A stretch of 63,968 nucleotides of DNA, filler included, from Candidatus Omnitrophota bacterium (GTDB taxonomy: Bacteria > Omnitrophota > Gorgyraeia > Zapsychrales > Zapsychraceae), in assembly GCA_015233495.1 (NCBI GenBank). It is 3 parts of 3 records of this genome, joined end to end, with 100 filler letters (N's around TTAATTAATTAA, not from the genome) between each part and the next. Parts side by side here need not be neighbours in the genome. Positions count along the whole stretch, not along the records: positions 43,945 to 63,968 come from JADFXQ010000035.1; 2 more parts are not named here. One strand, written 5' to 3'. Position numbers and translations under genes: made by a program. Positions 59,769 to 63,968 of the stretch are shown piece after piece. The notes beneath the pieces were generated by a model. It ran no database searches and was not told the DNA's origin. It saw only the letters and a program-made list of their open reading frames with translations. Position 1 is the stretch's first letter. The number at the start of each line of letters is the position of its first letter.

Positions 59769-60788
59769 TTACTCTCTCACCTCAACCGACTGGCCTTTTA
59801 ACTCGATCGATTTTTGCGCCGCGCAAAGGGTCTTGACCACATCTAAGCCTTTTTGCGCGTCCGCCACGTCAGGCGAGCGGCCGTCGCGCACGCAGTCGAT
59901 AAAATACTGGGCCTGGGCTTTTAAGGGTTCGCTTACCCCGACCTTGGGGATCATAATACTGCCTTCGCGCGAGAGCAATTGAAATTCGCCGTACGTCGCG
60001 TAAAACGCGCTGGTTTTCTCCACATGTTTATCATAAACCCGAATCGGGCCCAGATTGTCCAAATCATCCCACAACACCATGCTTTTCTCGCCGACCAGCG
60101 TGATCTGCCGAACCTTGCGCGGATCGACCCAGCTGACGTGGATATTCACCATACGGTTGTCCGGATATTCCAAGGTCGCGAACGCCAAGTCTTCCAGCGA
60201 ATTTCCCAGACATTTATGCGCCCGAGCGCTGACACTCACCGGCGCGGCGTCTAATAAATAATTAAAAATCGAAATATCATGCGGCGCCAAATCCCACCAA
60301 GCGTTCACGTCATAGCGAAACGGCCCCAGGTTCGTGCGCGCCGCGTAGGCGTAAAACACCTTGCCCAGCTCGCCGCTTTTCAAATAATCCTTCAGCCAAA
60401 TGATCCCGGCGTTAAACACAAAAATATGGCCGACCATTAACACGCGCTTAGCCGCGGTGGCGCGTTGTTTTAAGTCCTGGCATTCTTCCGGAGTCAAGGC
60501 CAATGGCTTTTCGCATAAAACGTGTTTCCCGGCCGCCAGCGCTTCGAGCGTGATCTGATAATGCAGCTTGGTCGGCGCCGCGATACACACCGCGTCAACC
60601 CGCGGATCCTTTAACAAATCCTGATAATTTTTCGTCACCTCCACCGACGGATAAAGCTCCTTCATCTTGTTCAACTTTGCCTCATCCAAATCCGCGGCCA
60701 TCAGCGTCTGCGAACCCGCGATCTGCGAAAAAATCCGCACATGATTCGGCCCCCAATAACCGCAGCCAATGACTCCGACATTAATCAT
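59769..60788 (-). CDS. Gfo/Idh/MocA oxidoreductase (WbpB-like)
   Basis: GCGYWG, HVLCEKP, MVGH, DLAPHD. Confidence 0.9.
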   Translation of the reverse strand: MINVGVIGCGYWGPNHVRIFSQIAGSQTLMAADLDEAKLNKMKELYPSVEVTKNYQDLLKDPRVDAVCIAAPTKLHYQITLEALAAGKHVLCEKPLALTPEECQDLKQRATAAKRVLMVGHIFVFNAGIIWLKDYLKSGELGKVFYAYAARTNLGPFRYDVNAWWDLAPHDISIFNYLLDAAPVSVSARAHKCLGNSLEDLAFATLEYPDNRMVNIHVSWVDPRKVRQITLVGEKSMVLWDDLDNLGPIRVYDKHVEKTSAFYATYGEFQLLSREGSIMIPKVGVSEPLKAQAQYFIDCVRDGRSPDVADAQKGLDVVKTLCAAQKSIELKGQSVEVRE

Positions 60789-60846
60789 AAAATTCTCCGA
60801 TAAATAAGTCCTATGGGTACCCGTTATGCGGCCGCGCCAGAACGAC

Positions 60847-60888
60847 GGGCGCCCACCTGCCTGCCGGCAGGCGACGGTCGCCCCTACA
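60847..60888. repeat. REP-like arm with nested CCTGCCGGCAGG palindrome
   Basis: GGGCGCCCA-CCTGCCTGCCGGCAGGC-GACGGTCGCCCCTACA. Confidence 0.65.
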
Positions 60889-60986
60889 ACAAAAAGGAAA
60901 TTCCTATATAATCGAGTTAGAGATATTATACTGATAATCAAAATTTAAAGGAAGGAGATTTTGCGAAACCGACGAAAGGAAAATTA

Positions 60987-61376
60987 TTATAATTCCCAAT
61001 AATTTTTTGGATGAATGATTTTTATCCCCTGATATCTCTTTAACACTAAAAGATCCTGATCGCCGGATACAATCACGTCAACATCATTGCAAAACGCGTC
61101 CGCTAAAATCTGATGATCCGCCGGATCCCGACAAACCGCTTCAACATCGACGGCGGTTTCCCCTTTAATGAAATATTTTGTTAAAACCGACAAGGCCGCG
61201 GTTCGCACCGCTGAAGAAAGTTTAAACTTGCGGGTGAGAACGGTTTCACATTCTTGATAAATATAATCCGTGATATACAGCTTATGCGAATAAACCGCGT
61301 CCTGCAGCACTTCCGAGGAATATCCGTGCGCGATCAACGCGGCAATAAGAACATTCGTATCAAATAATATTTTCAT
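60987..61376 (-). CDS. PIN-family toxin
   Basis: MKILFDTNVLIAA, CRDPAD, IVSGDQDLL. Confidence 0.92.
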   Translation of the reverse strand: MKILFDTNVLIAALIAHGYSSEVLQDAVYSHKLYITDYIYQECETVLTRKFKLSSAVRTAALSVLTKYFIKGETAVDVEAVCRDPADHQILADAFCNDVDVIVSGDQDLLVLKRYQGIKIIHPKNYWEL

Positions 61377-61594
61377 GAAACAACTTTGAAAACTTCCTCT
61401 TCCGTCAATGCGTCGCCGCGTTTCGCCAACTCACTCAATGCCTTGTCGCGCGCCTTGGCAAAATCATAGGCGAAAAAATATCGATTCAATGAACGCTTGA
61501 TAATTTCACTGCGCGACGCCTTCTCTTCGCCGGCAGTTTTCATCAAATGATTCAGCATATGGTCCGGAAGACTGATTGTGACAATATTTCTCAT
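61373..61594 (-). CDS. CopG/RHH antitoxin
   Basis: VTISLP...SRSEII; ATGA-coupled; GGAGG RBS. Confidence 0.88.
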   Translation of the reverse strand: MRNIVTISLPDHMLNHLMKTAGEEKASRSEIIKRSLNRYFFAYDFAKARDKALSELAKRGDALTEEEVFKVVS

Positions 61595-61606
61595 AACGCC
61601 ACCTCC

Positions 61607-61643
61607 TGTATTAAATAGTAATACAATCGGGCGCCTTTGTCAA
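61607..61643 (-). promoter_or_regulatory. TA promoter with operator palindrome
   Basis: TTGACA (61643-61638), 17 bp, TACTAT; TGTATTA-N5-TAATACA overlaps the -10. Confidence 0.7.
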
Positions 61644-61673
61644 GCGGCCATCGGGGATCAAAAACAGACCGGT

Positions 61674-63968
61674 TCACGCCTTGGAAAGCTTCTTCACATC
61701 CGCGGGATCCGGGTCGTCTTTTAATCCCAGGATCGGCAAGACACTCCTTATCGGAATGACATTTAAAATGATCCCCTGCATACCCGTAAAATCGCCGCGC
61801 AGCAATTGCGCGCCGACGGCCGGGTCAAAGGTTATGGGCGAACTCTGGCCTTCGGTCACCACATCGGTTTTCATTTTCTTCCCGTTCAACGCAATACCGC
61901 CGGGACTGGACAGGAATTCCGTCGCCTTCGGGCCTAAATCGCCGGCGAATCTCCACGGTAGCCGCAAACCTGATTTTTGCCGCAAGGCATTGATTGTGTC
62001 CCGGCCTTTGACCGGAGAACTTGTTGAGACTCGGGCGACCAGACGCGGGCTCTTGACCTCCGGATCAATAGGAGCATCCCCTGCCAAACCCAGACAGATA
62101 CCACCCTCGATCTGATAAACAAAAAAGTCTCCGGGTTTAATTTCAGCTATGCGAACTATTGGCAGACTTTCTATCAGTTTGTCCATTTCCAGATCTGCCC
62201 ACTTATCCTTAACAACCCATAGGGCCATGTCGATCAAGGGATCGCCATCATCCCAACCAATAGCTTTTCCAGATAGTAAAACGGACACATCGGCACGTAT
62301 TGCGCTCAACTTTTTCGCCAATTCGAAAACGACAAGGGCCCTCAAGAACCTATCAATCCGATCCTGTTGCGCTTCCGGGATCAAAGATATGTCTCGGGGA
62401 AAATCACTTACCCATGTCCTGAACAACCCAGCCGTGCTATCCGGGGGGACAATTCCCGCTGCAGAGAATTGTCTTAAATAAGACCCTGCTTCGATCAAGG
62501 TATCGATTTGCCGCTCAATCTGCTCCCACGTGGGATTCGACGTGATCCAGTCGGCATCATAGAGATTTTCCCCGCCCGTTAATTTCATTGCCCAATGATC
62601 ATTGTCCTCTTCCCAAATGAACCCGGTTGTTCTCGGCCAATCAATCGTGTTAATCGTCGGCGGATATTTGTTGTCTTTCCCAGCGGCATCAAGAAAAGAA
62701 CTTTTATGCCGGTCCACAAAATAAGGATCTGAATCTCCATTTGTTCTCACGACATCCACTTTATTTCCATCGGCAGAAACAAAAAATATAGCCAACACAT
62801 GCTTTGCCTCAGTATATACAACATAAGCATCCGGGACAGCTGTCTTTGTTCTGTCGCCCAACGGCATATGTAACATTCTGGCCGCTTCCCAAATCAAATC
62901 AGGCGCCGCTTTTATTTTCTGAATCCTATTTTGGAGATCATTCCCAAACCGTTTTACATCATGCGCGAAAGTGAAAGTCAGATAAGCCACCGGCGAAGCG
63001 GCTAATGTTGTTACATTGGCGGCTGGGGGAAATAACAAATCCAACAATGCCTGCGCCGATTGTTTGGCTGGATTGGACTTATCCTCCCTGAACTCAAATA
63101 GTAATCTATCCCAATATGTGACACGATCGAGCCCGGCCCAATATTCCAAAACCGGTCTTTCTGTTTGAACGTCAGCTCGGACTGCTTCGACCAATTCGGG
63201 CCCTCCAAAATTCAACAAATCCCTCACTTCGTCTATCCAATATTTGGCCGTGTTGGGAAAATGCAACTTGGAATATATTTCAGCATGGTCATAAGAAGAT
63301 TGACTCGGAATAAAGGCGAGCATTCGGAAAATTTTGCGCTCCATCGCGGTTTGTTGCTGTCCGAACGTAATATTCAAATAATACGCTGATTCATCATGCA
63401 TTACAGCGACGGCCCGCTGGGCAGTATCCCGTCCTGACCTGATCGAGGAACCGCTCTTGTTATCTCGTGCTGAAAAAGAAATACTGGGATCAACGACTTG
63501 AATAAACGCGTCTAAATCCTCAATAAATCGATCCCGGCCAACCTTTTCGATATCGTCTTTCGTCAATCTAAAAGTTGTCGAATGATATCGTATATTGAGT
63601 TCATCTCTGACATCATGGATTTCTCTTTTGTACTTGCCACGAAATGTCTCAATCGCCTGCTCACGCCTCGCAAAATAAGCGCTTGCCGATTCCTGTCCGG
63701 CACTTTGCCCGACGGGCAAGGCGGCGGCAGTATGCTCCGACTGCGGCCCGACGGGTGACGCGGCTATTGGCACCAGGGCGGTGGGGCCGTCTAATGGGTT
63801 GATCTTCATGGGGGAGACGATCGCCGGCGAGGAAAAATTGGCCACCACTCCGCCGGAAAAATATTGGCGCGACGTGGTTTCTTCGGTGATTGGGTCAGTG
63901 TTTTCCTTAATATAGTTGAACACGCCTTGTGTGAAGGCTTTCAGATATTGTTCGTAGATTTTTTCCTT
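61674..63968 (-). CDS. Modular large-protein family member (5'-partial): end of N-domain, SSP-delimited modules, conserved C-domain
   Basis: Frame open to the window end (KEKIYEQYLKAFTQGVFNYIKE...RQYFSGG); repeated (S/A)SP; C-terminus GGIALN...FDPA...FTGMQGIILNVIPIRSVLPILGL. Confidence 0.8.
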   Translation of the reverse strand, partial: KEKIYEQYLKAFTQGVFNYIKENTDPITEETTSRQYFSGGVVANFSSPAIVSPMKINPLDGPTALVPIAASPVGPQSEHTAAALPVGQSAGQESASAYFARREQAIETFRGKYKREIHDVRDELNIRYHSTTFRLTKDDIEKVGRDRFIEDLDAFIQVVDPSISFSARDNKSGSSIRSGRDTAQRAVAVMHDESAYYLNITFGQQQTAMERKIFRMLAFIPSQSSYDHAEIYSKLHFPNTAKYWIDEVRDLLNFGGPELVEAVRADVQTERPVLEYWAGLDRVTYWDRLLFEFREDKSNPAKQSAQALLDLLFPPAANVTTLAASPVAYLTFTFAHDVKRFGNDLQNRIQKIKAAPDLIWEAARMLHMPLGDRTKTAVPDAYVVYTEAKHVLAIFFVSADGNKVDVVRTNGDSDPYFVDRHKSSFLDAAGKDNKYPPTINTIDWPRTTGFIWEEDNDHWAMKLTGGENLYDADWITSNPTWEQIERQIDTLIEAGSYLRQFSAAGIVPPDSTAGLFRTWVSDFPRDISLIPEAQQDRIDRFLRALVVFELAKKLSAIRADVSVLLSGKAIGWDDGDPLIDMALWVVKDKWADLEMDKLIESLPIVRIAEIKPGDFFVYQIEGGICLGLAGDAPIDPEVKSPRLVARVSTSSPVKGRDTINALRQKSGLRLPWRFAGDLGPKATEFLSSPGGIALNGKKMKTDVVTEGQSSPITFDPAVGAQLLRGDFTGMQGIILNVIPIRSVLPILGLKDDPDPADVKKLSKA

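Noticed and set aside
60789..60941. N-terminal extension of the Gfo/Idh/MocA ORF (similarly pyrC 1987, Hpt 53685, ICMT 4168)
   Set aside because: Extensions run through REP DNA or neighbouring genes; downstream ATGs fit the family start.

Overview
Draft bacterial genome (probably a MAG) made of three contigs joined by artificial N+TTAATTAATTAA linkers (21931-22030, 43845-43944), plus one internal scaffold gap (43204-43327). Gene content points to Candidatus Omnitrophota (PVC superphylum); this is inference from recognised protein families, not a search. Contig 1 has an IS right end, a PyrR-attenuated pyrimidine operon with mutM and two membrane genes inserted, tRNA-Val and tRNA-Asp, a methylated deoxysugar/GT-C glycosylation cluster, a tRNA-binding/YkgJ/DUF2156 trio, a VapBC pair and a 1188-aa Flp-pilin-like protein with thrombospondin and Cys-rich repeats. 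Contig 2 has hisS (partial), a GAD-less aspS, lysM-phoH-HD-ybeY-recO, a TA pair, an archaeal-type Hel308 helicase, dtd, tatD, nfnAB-like genes, a truncated ACP/nitroreductase/desaturase cassette, a sigma factor, ppdK and glyQS (partial). Contig 3 has two PilT paralogues, ttcA, a TMTC-like protein, a PAS hybrid kinase with Hpt, rlmB, sugar genes and TA modules. It begins and ends with two members of what appears to be one secreted modular protein family: conserved N-domain, variable modules separated by (S/A)SP(V) motifs, conserved C-domain. That family and the pilin-TSP1 protein are the best candidates for an undescribed system. No CRISPR array, rRNA or prophage was seen.
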